Below are positions 1-12,197 of a DNA stretch of 64,000 nucleotides, in pieces. Under the pieces are notes generated by a model. That model saw only the letters and a list, made by a program, of their open reading frames with translations, did not search any database and was not told the origin of the DNA. Where the stretch lies: NCBI RefSeq assembly GCF_001194135.2, contig NC_068987.1, positions 11,394,643-11,458,642 of the forward strand, read 5' to 3'. Position numbers and translations under genes: made by a program. Source of the stretch: Octopus bimaculoides. Lineage: Eukaryota. How positions within the stretch are numbered: position 1 is the first letter of the stretch; every line of letters starts with the position of its first letter.

Positions 1-263
1 TTTCAGTGAACAGAATTTCCTTAAATCTTTTCTTCTTTTTATTATTACTATATTTTTCTCTTAGCAGTTTTTTTCCCTCTCCTCTGAAATTTAAACTTAA
101 CTCCTGTGAATGGTTTTTAGCTGTAGAAATATTGAGGTGCATAGAGTATTTATTTATATTTAGGCCATTGTACTGTTATTAAATCCATGCTGTGGTGTGA
201 AAGTATTATGAGCATAGAGTGGGAGTTCATTCATCTAAGTTCAGTGATATTTGTCATTTCTAG

Positions 264-312
264 ATGGAAATGACAAATATTACAGCCACCTAAATATAGG
301 CATCAACCGACA
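264..312 (+). CDS. Candidate internal coding exon (49 nt, phase 1 to 2), peptide (D)GNDKYYSHLNIGINR(Q/H), unidentified gene
   Basis: Acceptor gatatttgtcatttctag| and donor ACA|GTAAGG. Only one of the three frames is stop-free. No homology check was possible. Confidence 0.35.
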
Positions 313-414
313 GTAAGGATTTAATGATGTGCTTAATAAATTAATAATATTAATAAAGTTGTCTGTGTGTGTGTGAGTAGATTTGTACATATATATATAT
401 ATATACATATGTAT

Positions 415-622
415 ATCTTTCATCTGTTACAGTCAATAGACTGTGGCCATGCTGGGGCATTGCCTTGAAGGGTTTCAGTTGAACAAATTGACCTCCAGTC
501 TTTTTTTTTTTTTTTTAATCTAACATTTAATCTGGCAGTCTCTTTTGCTGGATCACTAAGTTGTGGGGATGTAAACACACCAACACTGGTTGGGGGATAA
601 ACACAAAAACATGCATATATGT

Positions 623-656
<34 letters not shown>

Positions 657-765
657 CAGACTTCTTTCAGTTCCGTCTACCAAATCCACTTGCAAGGCTT
701 TGATTGGCCCAAGGCTTTAGTAGAAGACACTTGCTGAAGGTGCCACACATTGGGACTGAACCCAG
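415..765 (-). mobile_element. SINE family B (most abundant tRNA-derived SINE, with internal CA/TA linker), 5'-truncated
   Basis: Reverse complement of the head (cagtcccaatgtgtggcaccttcagcaagtgtcttctac) and tail (ccagcatggccacagtc) seen in full at 25131-25516. Confidence 0.85.
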
Positions 766-779
766 ATGTGGTCAGTGTC

Positions 780-2645
780 ACTTATTTGGGGCTTACTACA
801 CTTCTAGGCAGGTTGGGTGACCACATCTTGCTCGTTCATTCTATTTTGACATAGTTTCTGTAAATGGGTGCTCTTCCTTACACTAAACAGGGTGTTGAGA
901 ATGCATCATATTGTATACCAAGCACTTCAGATGTTGTCATGTCTGCAACTGGTTAACACTAAAGGATTCTCTCCTTTCATTGATATACAAAATTACTGTC
1001 ATCCTCTATAAACGTCATATACCTTGTACCAGTGCTGGCTTCTCTTTGCACACTGCATCTAGATTTCTCTGGCATCCAGTTTCTCCTTCTTGATTCATTT
1101 GCACTTTGTCACCATTCATGCACACTACTAAAATCACATATAGAATGTAACTCACTTGATTCACTTGTCTTGTTTTTGCAACTCTTCTGCATTCAAGGCT
1201 CTCTCTCTCTGTCTATCATGCAACATTTCACATCATTCATAAGCAGCATTATACCGTCTGCCCTTCACCCTGAAAGAGAAACTCTTTGTTACCAGTAAAG
1301 TTAATATATCCTTGAACATTTTTCTAGCTTGCTTACTTTGGCTACTATACTTAGAGAACAGAACTGCAGCCAGGTAGGTTACCAAAAGCTATCACATGAT
1401 TCTAGAGGGCCTTCCAGTCATCTGGGATAATCTGTTCCCCCTGTTTGCTCTTCCAGTAGACTACCTTTTCTGTCAACCTGCTTTGATGCTGCTACAACTT
1501 CTGTGCATCCATAGTTTATATTGGAAACACCATATATAGTTTGTATCTTATTCCCTTTTTTTGCATATCAGTCTTGGCCATTCCCCCCAATGGTAACTGA
1601 ATCCTGTCTTCTTTTTTTATTTACTTTAGTCTTTGCTAAGTTCACTTTGAAGCATCTCAATTTCACATTTTGCTTCCCTATCTGGAATTTCTTCTCTAAA
1701 TCAACTACACTTTCAGCAATGAGAACGAGGTCGTCGACACAGAGATGTTCCGATGGAGAGAGCCAGTCTTAGATTCCTCTGTTATGGTTTGGAGAACTGT
1801 GATAAGCAGGAGAGGACTTAGAACTGAGCTCTGATAGACTCCTGTGTTATTTCTTTACTACCCACAAGGGGCTACACACAGAGGGGACAAACAAAGACAG
1901 ACAAACGGATTAAGTCGATTATATCGACCCCAGTGCGTAACTGGTACTTATTTAATCGACCCTGAAAGGATGAAAGGCAAAGTCGACCTCGGCGGAATTT
2001 GAACTGTGTGCATTCTAAATTCATTGCTGGACACACAATTGAACATAACTTGTATTGCTTTCACAAGCTATTCATCTACCTTTAACTTTTTTTTTAGTGG
2101 CCACCCAATCTAAGAGTGAGGGACCTTCTCAAAGACCTTGATGAATGCTAATTTTAGGGTCTTTCTTTTCACTAAATAATTTTTCTGCAGTAGTAGTATC
2201 ACTAAGAATATAAAGCATTGATGGGCACCCCTTCCTGACACAGAGCCAAATTGTATTTCATCCAGGCCAATCCTGTTCCTTATGAATTTTTTTCACAACC
2301 TTTCATGTCTTTTATAACCTGGTCCCAAAATTTCATGCCTCCATAGTTTATCTCTCTCTCTTTCTAGTGCCTCTTCTTTACTTTTGTAACAGTTTATGAT
2401 GTTACTGTTTGCTATACCAGTCATTAGGTATGGCTCCTTGTATTATTTGATTAACTATTCAAGTGACTAGCATATTGCCCTGCTTCCACCAAATATTTTA
2501 GGCGTCTCTGCAACTATCACTGACGGACCAGCTGCTCGCCCAGCCTTCATATCCTTAGTCACATCATCTACCGTACATAACGAGCCGGAACAGATAACAG
2601 AAAGCATCTTGTAAGATACACCAACGTTTCTGCCACTTCACTGCC
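780..2645 (-). mobile_element. Degenerate RTE-clade LINE ORF2 (reverse transcriptase) fragment
   Basis: Minus-strand translation gives RT motifs: VDDLVLIAESVVDLEKKFQ...KVNLAKTKV (~1630-1740), GVYQSSVLSPLLLITVL (~1790-1845) and RIGLDEIQFGSVSGRG (~2225-2280). Many stops and frameshifts. Confidence 0.85.
1848..2003 (-). mobile_element. SINE family C, 5'-truncated, inserted into the RTE LINE
   Basis: Matches the family C body (gttcaaattccgccgaggtcgactttgcctttcatcc...). Flanked by a CTGTGT duplication at 1842-1847 and 2004-2009. Removing it restores the LINE frame EFRMHTGVYQ. Confidence 0.9.
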
Positions 2646-2821
2646 TATATATATATATTGTCTGTCTGTCTGTCTGTCTGTCTATTTGTGTGTGTTGTGG
2701 GGAGTGAAGAATCTATGTACATGCATGTGTGTATGCATGTCCTGTCATAATCATATATGTCTGTGTAAATGCATGAATGTGTATGTATGTGTGTGTGTGT
2801 GATGTCAAAAAGTCTCTATGC

Positions 2822-2854
<33 letters not shown>

Positions 2855-2883
2855 AACCCTTGATCAACCTTAATCAAGCATAT

Positions 2884-3046
2884 ATGCACAGGTGTGGCTG
2901 TGTGGTAAGAAGTTAGCTTCCCAACCACATGGTTTGGGGTTCAGTCCCACTTCTTGACACCTTGGACAAGTGCCTTCTACTATACCCTGAGGTCAACCAA
3001 AGCCTTGTGTATGGATATGGTAGATGGAAACTGAAAGAAGCTCATC

Positions 3047-3078
<32 letters not shown>

Positions 3079-3700
3079 TATATATATATATAGAATACAA
3101 AGTCTGGAACTTGACTGACGAAAGAAAGCACCGAATGACCTGACCTTGTTTTTCCTTGTCCTCTTTTTTTGTATCATCTAACCATCTGGATGTTTTGCGT
3201 TCTTGTCCTATTTTTTCTATTCTTTTTTTTATATACATATAGTGGCATATGTACACTTTGGTCTCTATGTATGTGTGTGTATGTATATGTATGTATGTAT
3301 GTGTATATATATATGTGTGTATGTATGTATGTATATATATGTATGTATGTATGTGTGTTTGTGTGTGTGTGCGTGTTTATGTGTGTGTGTGCGTGTGTTT
3401 GTGTGTGTGTGTGTTTATGTATATGTGTGTGTGTGTGTGTGTGTATGTATATATGTATGTGTGTGTGTGTGTGTATGTATATATGTATGTGTGTGTCTTT
3501 GTGTTTGTTAACCACTACCACTTGACAAATGGTGTTGGTCTGTTTTTACATCTCCGTAACTTAGCAGTTCAGCAAAAGACACCAGTAGAATAAGTAACAA
3601 GCTTTAAAAAATAGGTACTGTGGCCAATTCCTTTGACTAAAAATTCTTCAAGACAGTGCCCCAGCATGGCCGCAGACAAATGACTGAAAAAAGTAAAAGA
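2884..3700 (+). mobile_element. SINE family B with greatly expanded internal TA/TG microsatellite
   Basis: Head at 2889-3050 and tail at ~3510-3700, separated by ~460 bp of mostly TATG/TG repeats. Confidence 0.75.
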
Positions 3701-4974
3701 AATATATACATGAGTGTCCTGTGAATATAGACACAAGGCCTGACATTCTTGGGGAGGGGGAATAGTTGATTACGTCAACCCCAGTGCTTGACTGGTACTC
3801 ATTTTATCGACCCCAGAAGGATGAAAAGCAAAGTCACCCTCAGTGGAATTTGAATAAAATAGTAATCAAAGGGGTCTTTTGGTGAAAAAGAAAAAAAAAA
3901 TGGCTAAGAACCACTGCTGTAAAAGACATTTTTGTCATACGTTTTCTTTCAGTTTCGATCAACCAGATTCTCTTGTAAGGCATTGGTCAGCCTAAGAATA
4001 TCAGAGAAGACACTTGCCCCATGTGTCACGCAGTGGGACTGAACCCAAAGCTGTGCAGTTGAGAAGCAAATTTCTTAAGCATACAGCCACACCTACATCT
4101 TTATATATGCCAGCAAACTCTAAGATTGATATTCACTTCTTATTTTTTGCCATTTTAAATTTGTCTAATTATAGAATAAGCTACACATGTGTACATAATG
4201 TATTAGAGAGATGTGCTACATGTACGAATAGCATTCAGTATTTCATCACATGGACATAGCTTTTTGCTTGTTGTTTTTTGCATATTTTTTTTCTTTTTCC
4301 GTTCAACAAAAATCATTGGATGATTGTGTAGTTTTTTTGTTTTGTTTTTCTTTTTTTTTTTGTTTGTTGTTTTCTTTCCCTGGTACATTTTCTTTAACAT
4401 GTCTGTTATTGCTGGTTGCAACAAATATGCATAGAACTTATATCTTTTAAATCTAATAATTTTGTAATCTTAATCTCCAGTACACTTCTAAACCAACTCG
4501 AAACTCCATTAGCAATAATGACACTAGGGAAAATAAGCTGTAAAATATATACGATACAACCATAAACTAGAAACCATATATGCTGCAATGTGTACTACAG
4601 ATTCTGTTTTTCAGACCATACATCTCATTAAGAAGATATCTTGCTTTCTTGAGAGCAACAACATAGTAATAGATAAAGAAAGAGTGTGACGTATGTCCGT
4701 ATGTCGTAAGGTAATTTATTATAGCTTACAGCAAATTCATCTCATGACAAAATGAACAGAAGCTACATTCTTTCAACTTCTTATCATGGATTTGTTAGTT
4801 GTTTAGATAAAAACTAAAACAAATTATATCCCATTCTGGATATTCTTCTCAACCTCCTGAAAAGGGAATCTCTTTAGTCTTTCACTTGTATAAGTGCTGT
4901 AAGAATACTTGCTGAACTAGATGTAGTTTTTTGCTATCAGAAGTTGTTAGCATTAGCTGTGTTTCTTTGAATGT

Positions 4975-4991
4975 ATAGATAGGTAGGTAGG

Positions 4992-5025
<34 letters not shown>

Positions 5026-5165
5026 TACAGATAGATAGATAGATATACAGATAGATAGATAGATATACAGATAGATAGATAGATATACAGATAGATAGAT
5101 AGATAGATAGATATACAGACAGATAGATAGATATACAGACAGATAGATATACATATAGATAGATG
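4975..5165 (+). repeat. (GATA)n microsatellite with periodic GATATACA interruptions
   Basis: Directly visible in the sequence. Confidence 0.95.
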
Positions 5166-5239
5166 AAAAAGTGGACAATAAATGATTTTACAAAGAGAGA
5201 GAGAAGTGTATATATGTATATATATATACACGCAAACAC

Positions 5240-5271
<32 letters not shown>

Positions 5272-5575
5272 TCTCTCTCTCTCCCCCTTTAACAGGTTTC
5301 ACTCTCCTGGCTGTTGACTTTGTGTACTTGATGCTTACTGAAGTGTCGTGTCATAGAATGAAATAATGTACCAATAAACACAGTTGTGAGGTTCAACAAA
5401 CTAGATATTATCACATCAACTGATAACATTGCTGGTCTGGTTTAGTATTCCAAGGATTTTCATCTCCATAGTCCAACAGTGTGGGATATTGACTAACTCA
5501 AACTCAAGTACAAAGCTGTTGTTATCCCTCCAAGTTCGGAATAGGGGTGCAGGCACCCATGTTATTATATTCTAG

Positions 5576-5734
5576 TTTGAGATGATTGGGTCAGTTCTTC
5601 AAAGACTGAAGTATTTGGCTGAATTATTATTGCCCAAGCCAGCGGCAGGGTTACAGGAGGTGGATAATCTAAGCAGATATTTTCAGATATCTAGTTTGGC
5701 GCCAGATATTTCCAAATACATCTTTTACTGTTAC
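5576..5734 (+). CDS. Candidate exon (159 nt, phase 0-0), FEMIGSVLQRLKYLAELLLPKPAAGLQEVDNLSRYFQISSLAPDISKYIFYCY
   Basis: Acceptor tattctag|, donor TAC|GTAAGT, 53 open codons in non-repetitive DNA. Protein not recognised; could be a decayed TE. Confidence 0.25.
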
Positions 5735-6227
5735 GTAAGTCGGTAGTGTGTTGTATGTGTTTGTGCATACAGGCGTCTAGTGGTAACGATCACAGAAATA
5801 AGCTTCCATCTCTTAATGTGGATTTATCACACTGGCACAATGTGTTACATAGAAGGGAAATGAGGAAGTGAGATTGTAGGATGTTCATGCATTTCTCTAG
5901 GGTAATTAACAGCATAAGTCAAGTGAGAAAAATGTCTACCCCAGCAGCTGAAAACGTTTAGTAGAAGCAACTTACTTAATATCTATGAACGAGATCAGAT
6001 TGGAGCCTGGTGCAGCCGCTGGCTTTCCAGACCTCAGTGAAAGTGAGGCAAAGTGAAATGGCAAAGTTTGAGTTGAACGAACTAACAACCAGTATATTTA
6101 GAGAACATTGGTTAAAATAACTCTTAAATCATCGGCTTCAAGTTAGATTTTTAGAAATGTATTTCATAATTCATTGAGTTTGCTGTCGGGACTTTCTATT
6201 AATTTATTTGTTCACTATTGAAAAGAA

Positions 6228-6590
6228 CACACACACACACACACACACACATATTTACATATGTATGTATATGCACATGTGTGTGTATGTATGTTTGTGT
6301 GTGTATATGTNNNNNNNNNNNNNNNNNNNNNNNNNNNNNNNNNNNNNNNTTACATATGTATGTATATGCACATGTGTGTGTATGTATGTTTGTGTGTGTA
6401 TATGTGTATGTATAATGTATATATGTGTTTATATATATATATATGCATGTATATATGTATGTGTGTGTATATACATATGCATGTGTATATGTATGTGTGT
6501 GTAATGTATATTTGTGTTTATATATATGTATATATATATATGTGTGTATATATATATAGGTGTGTGTTTATATATGTATATGTGTATATT
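6228..6590. repeat. Complex CA/TA/TG microsatellite spanning N gap 6311-6349
   Basis: Directly visible. The same ~55 bp flanks both sides of the gap. Confidence 0.9.
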
Positions 6591-7583
6591 TAATGGTAAT
6601 TTAAAATTATGTCACTTGTTTAAATATTTGATTTTTCATCAATAACCATTCAAAACAATAGTCATTGTGTTACAGATAAATGTCTTAACGAAATGAAGGT
6701 GTTATTTAGTTGTTGATTCATCAATAATTAAAATCAATGTTTCTATTGTCATTACAGACTTATTAGGGTCGGCTTGCCTTAGCTCTGTAGTAAGGGAGTT
6801 CATTTTGCTAGCAAGTGGTTTTGATTTTAGTCCTGTGTGGCATCTTGAGCAAATGCCTTGTAGGTCTTCAGGCTGACTAGTGCCTTAGGAGTGAATATGG
6901 TTAATGGAAACTAAAGAAAACCATTGTATACATACATGTGTGTGTGTGTGTGTCAGAGAGAGAAAAAATTGTGTTCGTTTCTCATACTATTTGACAACTG
7001 GTGTTGGTTTTTTTACATCCCAGTAATTTAGCAGTTTGGAAGAGAGAAAAAAATGGAAAAAGGAACAGAATATGTAGCAGACGTAAAACAAATAAATATT
7101 GGAATCCATTTGATGGAGTAAACCCTGAATTCATTTTGATGGCCAATTCTGAATCTTCCAGTTTTTTTTTTGTTGTTTTCCTCAACAAAGTTTGTGGAAT
7201 GTGTCAATTTTTATTTTTCTCAATTGCATCATTATTTTAGATGTGTTAAATAACATTTTATATGAAATTTTACTGCTTGAACAAATGTACACACAGCATA
7301 TACTTGATTAATTAATACATAATTAATTTTAAAACTCATTTTTATATTATAGATTCAATTAATTACTCATACAATTAAAAAAAAAAATACATTATACAAG
7401 TTTTCAAATGTGTTGTGAATATGGTGTTTCTCGAATAAACGTAGTCTAGGTCATTGCTAAATAGCAGCCAACAATAGCCAGCTGTTACATTTTCATTCCA
7501 AAATCTCTGGTATTGTGTTTCCTTTGCATGAAAATCTCAGTAAAAGTATTCATTCCATTTGCTTGTTGTGTACTGCATCAAAA

Positions 7584-7948
7584 GTGGAGGCGTAATGGCC
7601 GAGTGGTTAGGGCAGCGGACTCGCGGTCATAGGATCGCGGTTTCGATTCCCAGACCGGGCGTTGAGTGTTTATTGAGTGAAAACACCTAAAGTTCCACGA
7701 GGCTCCGGCAGGGGATGGTGGCGAACCCTGCTGTACTCTTTCACCACAACTTTCTCTCACTCTTACTTCCTGTTTCTGTTGTGCCTGTAATTCAAAGGGT
7801 CAGCCTTGTCACACTGTGTCACGCTGAATATCCCCGAGAAGTACGTTAAGGGTACACGTGTCTGTGGAGTGCTCAACCACTTGCACTTTAATTTCACGAG
7901 CAGGCTGTTCCATTGATCGGATCAACTGGAACCCTCGACGTCGTAACA
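7584..7948 (+). mobile_element. SINE family A (tRNA-derived, young), 12-bp TSD
   Basis: A box (tggccgagtgg) and B box (ggtttcgattccc). TSD ACTGCATCAAAA at 7572-7583 and 7949-7960. Near-identical copies at 13665-14050 and 63664-64000. Confidence 0.95.
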
Positions 7949-8269
7949 ACTGCATCAAAAAAATTTTTAAGACCATCAGAAGTGTACTTTTGAGACATCC
8001 AACAGCCTGTTCCTTTATAACTATCCGCCTTCATATTTGGAGGACTTATTGTTCCACAGAGAGAAGAGCTTGCAGTATCTCTAAGCTGCTCCTGCAGATT
8101 CTGCATGAGGCAAAGCATCTGATATTTAGTTTGCTTGCAATAATACAGTGGGCCATCATTGCTTTTGATTGTAACTCAGTTGCTTGTTTATTTTGTTCAA
8201 GTCCTTTATCTTTCTTCTTTGATCTTGAAGTGTAAAAGTCTGCTTTCTTTCAGGCATGTATTTAATCCA

Positions 8270-8464
8270 GCCATATCCGGTCCAAATATTCTACTTTGAA
8301 TTAATCATGCATTATCTTGTAGCTTGGAGATTTCGATGGTATGACTGTTTATTTTTAAAATGACATTGTAAGGTTGATGCAAGAGGCTGGGTCAGATCAG
8401 TTTGAACATAAAACAGTTGGAATATTTGGGCCTCATATGGCTGGTTTAAATGCTAAAAGATTAA
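8270..8464 (-). mobile_element. TTAA-type MITE family 1 (piggyBac-like), partial
   Basis: Same body as the full copy at 38320-38550; ends tttaaatgctaaaagattaa. Confidence 0.75.
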
Positions 8465-10163
8465 AATTTTCACCAGATTATTTTTAAATAATGTAGTTTT
8501 GCATGTTGAGAAAATGAATGTAATGCTGGTCAGTAGCATGCAAAACTGCATCAGTATAGAAAACTTGAAAGTATTCTGGGATTTATTTCAAAAAATTCCA
8601 AGAAAGAACTTAAGACCCTGAACAAGCAGAACAGATTCAATATGGGACCAGCTACTTGTCTTGGTCACCTACATGATAATCAATGAAATATATGGCATAT
8701 TTTCGTAAGATCTGTTGTTGTGGTTTGCCATTGTGCCTTAGTTGTAAAAGTGTTGCAAACATAGTTTTAAAAAGGCTTGTTTTTTTTTGGGGGGGGGGGG
8801 GTTAACATTGACAATGATCTGAACAAATCTTTCATAGATTTTCATAAAGAAAAATAAAAATAAAATCTCATCTCAAAATACTACGGCGTGCTACTGAAAA
8901 CCAGGGAAAATGCTTTGTGGGTTGCTGCTTCGAAGTAAACTTCTTTGTTTACTAGTGTTGTTAGTTGAGTCTTAAGAAATGCATACACACACACACAGGC
9001 GCATGCACATGCACACACACACACATTTGTGTGTAGCTGTTAATCATTCAAGTTGCTCCTTCAACAACTAGAGAAAGAACAAGCTTTATCCCAAGTCTTT
9101 CAGTTAACAAGGAAAAGCTAAGTTCAAGGGTAGGTAGGTGGGTTAGCCAAGTTATACATAAGAACTGCTCATGTGGAAATCAAATCTTATAATGTTGACA
9201 CAGGCAGCATGGCTAGCAGAAAACCACTTAAAGGAGAAAACTAATGAGAGCCAACAGAGAGGGTAGTACTAAAGTCTATTGGCTTGTTTTGTATCACATG
9301 TACACTTATAAATCTCATTTCCATGTGTGTGAATGGCTGTCAATCTAACACAGTCTTAACCAGTCTATATACCCATCTAAAATCTGCCCAACATTGAATA
9401 AAGGAAAACACAAAAAAGACTTCTCAGTAGGAGTTAGTCTTGACTGTACACAATCATTCATAGCATTGGCTATCATATTGTCGCCCCTTCCCACTGCAAT
9501 CTCCACATACCAAACAGTCTACACTGGTTTTTCTTCAGTGTATAAATGCTCAGCTGTCATATCAGATTGTAACAAAAGCTTGTGTATGTGTTATGTTGAT
9601 TCAGAAGCTAATCTGGTCATACTTTGGCCTCTCAAAGATTCTTGTTTCATCTACAGGAAATTCTAAATTATTTCTCTAGCAGTAACTACTATCTCAACTC
9701 TGTCTAGTGTGTTTGTGTGTGTATTTATTGTTACTCATATATATATGTGTGTGTGTGATGTATGTATGTATGTATGTATGTATGTATGTATGTATGTATG
9801 TATATATGAAAGAAAAAAAAGGGACTTCACAAGACTCTTTATTCACTGCAATCATTTTGTGAATTCCATTTTCTTTCCCTCATATTTTTGATGAACTCTA
9901 TGGATACAAACAATTCCTAAAGCAAATCTGGTGGCATATACCACCATTCTGTTGTAGACATAAGGTAGTTGTGGGCTGGGCTTTAAACAGCATACTACAA
10001 AGTATATACCCAAATATAAAATTTTTTTATGTACATAAATAGTGGGGTTGTGTTAACCACATGTGGAGAAATAATAGGAAAATGAAAAATAATAATAAGG
10101 CAGAATGCTAAACTGGAAGCATATTTTAATAAAGATTTCTAACCGGCTTTCATTGCATAGCAA

Positions 10164-10690
10164 ATTTTCAAGAAGAGGGAGAATGAAAATGTTTTTTACA
10201 AAGAAGTACAAAATGAAGAAAATAATATATAAAAAAATAAACATACCAATACATTATATTGTCTTTGAGCTTTTAAAGTTCAATGGTAATTCATGTATAT
10301 AATGGTTGGAAAAATAAGGATGCATGAGAATTGAGAGTTGTGTTAGGTTTTAAAAAAAGGGCTAAAAGTTTGTGTTAAGCAGGAAGTNNNNNNNNNNNNN
10401 NNNNNNNNNNNNNNNNNNNNNNNNNNNNNNNNNNNNNNNNNNNNNNNNNNNNNNNNNNNNNNNNNNNNNNNNNNNNNNNNNNNNNNNNNNNNNNNNNNNN
10501 NNNNNNNNNNNNNNNNNNNNNNNNNNNNNNNNNNNNNNNNNNNNNNNNNNNNNNNNNNNNNNNNNNNNNNNNNNNNNNNNNNNNNNNNNNNNNNNNNNNN
10601 NNNNNNNNNNNNNNNNNNNNNNNNNNNNNNNNNNNNNNNNNNNNNNNNNNNNNNNNNNNNNNNNNNNNNNNNNNNNNNNNNNNNNNNCAG
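10164..10690 (+). repeat. Hairpin-ended dispersed repeat, copy 1 (hairpin part falls in N gap 10388-10687)
   Basis: 10164-10387 is nearly identical to 57362-57584. After the gap the sequence resumes at CAG, as copy 2 ends. Confidence 0.85.
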
Positions 10691-10758
10691 AAGTTCAAAA
10701 CATTGCCTTTTCAGAAAACGAATAAATAGTTTCACCATTCCATAGCAAAACCGTCCTA

Positions 10759-10832
10759 CTACACATTGACAATTTTTGATATCTTGGCATCTGAAGCAGC
10801 TGGAGATACGATAGTTTGACCAAAAGAACCAG
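10759..10832 (-). CDS. Candidate terminal exon (A)GSFGQTIVSPAASDAKISKIVNV*
   Basis: Strong minus-strand acceptor (T-run...tttttgcttgcaatag|) and a protein-like phase-1 frame ending TAG TAG. The other frames are also open, so the frame is uncertain. Confidence 0.3.
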
Positions 10833-12113
10833 CTATTGCAAGCAAAAATAAATATTGAAAAAAAAAAAAAAACACATTTGGCCAAATTTGGACATGCGAC
10901 AGTTTACCATAATAGCAACAATCGAGAGATCTATGTATGTGTGTGTGGGAAGCTATTTGACAGTCATTACAATATTGCATAGTGCCTTGTCATATTTGTT
11001 CTATCCCACTGTGCCCTGAGTTCAAATCCTGCTGAGGTTGACTTAGACAACGACAATAATGACAATGATGTATCCATTTTAAAATTTATAAATTTGTGCT
11101 GATTAATCCAGTGTGACCGCAGCTTGTTTGCCCCAGTTCCTATCTTCATTTACTAATTCCCTCATGTCATTAGTTAAATAACTTGAAACCCCCAAAAGCA
11201 TAAAAGAATGACATGGTTCATTGCTTTTTTAATAGTGAATACAGGAGCTTCTTGCTTCACTAACTCAAAGTCCCGATGCTGTGCTGCACAGATATAACAT
11301 GGTAATCTACTCTTATCTGAGTTGTAGAACATTATAGAGCTTTCATCAGTAATTTATACTCTTTTATAATTCTTTTACTAGCTTCAGTTAATAAACTGTG
11401 GCCAAGATGGGGCGTCACCTTTTGCTTCAAAAGTTATTGGCTTGGGAACAATAAAACACAAACTTGACCTGAGATGAATTTGAACTCAAGGTATAAAAGG
11501 ATGTAAGGAAATATTAGATATTTTTGTCCAATTCTGTGTTAATTCTTCCATCTGCTCAAAGAACTAAAGATGAGTTTACCTTATTAGGACTTTATAAATC
11601 AGACATTACAACTATGATCATCTCATTTTGTTTTACCCGGTGTATCTAGAATCACATTATCCAATGGTCAATGAGTGATTCAAGAGAAATTTTGCTGCTA
11701 TATCTAGTAGGTCAGTCAGCCGCATAGGTTTATTTTTTTTTCTCCTCCCTATTTCCCTGTTTTATCAATAGGTTAGACTGCTGATTAAAGCTTTACAACT
11801 GTTCATGCAGTTGTTTCATTAATTAAGGAAGAACAAAAAATTTAAAAAAAAATTTTTTTAAACATGTACACTGTACTGAGCTTCCAAGTTGAAATGGTTT
11901 CGCTCAATAACAACCTTGTTTGAAAAGAAAGAAAAGAAAAGAAGAAAAAAACTCCAGGCTGCTTATATCCTCAATAGTGTTACCCAGTGTTTGATCTACT
12001 TCCTGAATACCTACACTTTATTTATTGGTTTATGCTTTTTACATGCACCTACATCTCTGTACAGCCTCCCACAAACACATCTATCAACTTGACTAGTTTT
12101 TGTTGCTTTGCAG

Positions 12114-12197
12114 TAGTAATAGTAATGGTAGTGGTCGTCATCGTCATCGTCATCGTCATTGTTGCCACCACCATCGTCCAGTCCACGGTGTATCTCA
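12114..12197 (+). CDS. Candidate frame-preserving exon (84 nt, phase 2-2), His-rich SNSNGSGRHRHRHRHCCHHHRPVHGVS
   Basis: Strong acceptor tttttgttgctttgcag| and moderate donor TCA|GTAACA. Low-complexity (CGTCAT)n makes a chance ORF possible. Confidence 0.2.

Noticed and set aside
3112-3140. CTGACGA...CGAA as a second hammerhead core
   Set aside because: The intervening bases cannot form stem II, and GAAA is incomplete.
6255-6405. Apparent tandem duplications across gaps (also 29271-29356)
   Set aside because: Identical sequence on both sides of short N runs is typical of unmerged contig overlaps.
2980-6593. Long ORFs of C/V/Y/I/H/T-rich peptides here and at 33141-33685, 46751-47903 and 54605-55095
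   Set aside because: They are translations of (TG)/(CA)/(TA)/(GATA) microsatellites, not genes.
7584-7660. tRNA-like sequences with A and B boxes (also 27406, 25131, 60853)
   Set aside because: These are SINE heads that continue into repeat bodies; no complete cloverleaf or acceptor stem.
10343-10885. Longest ORFs in the track (180, 157 and 163 aa; also 25430-25903 and 51358-51902)
   Set aside because: They stay open only because they run through N gaps.
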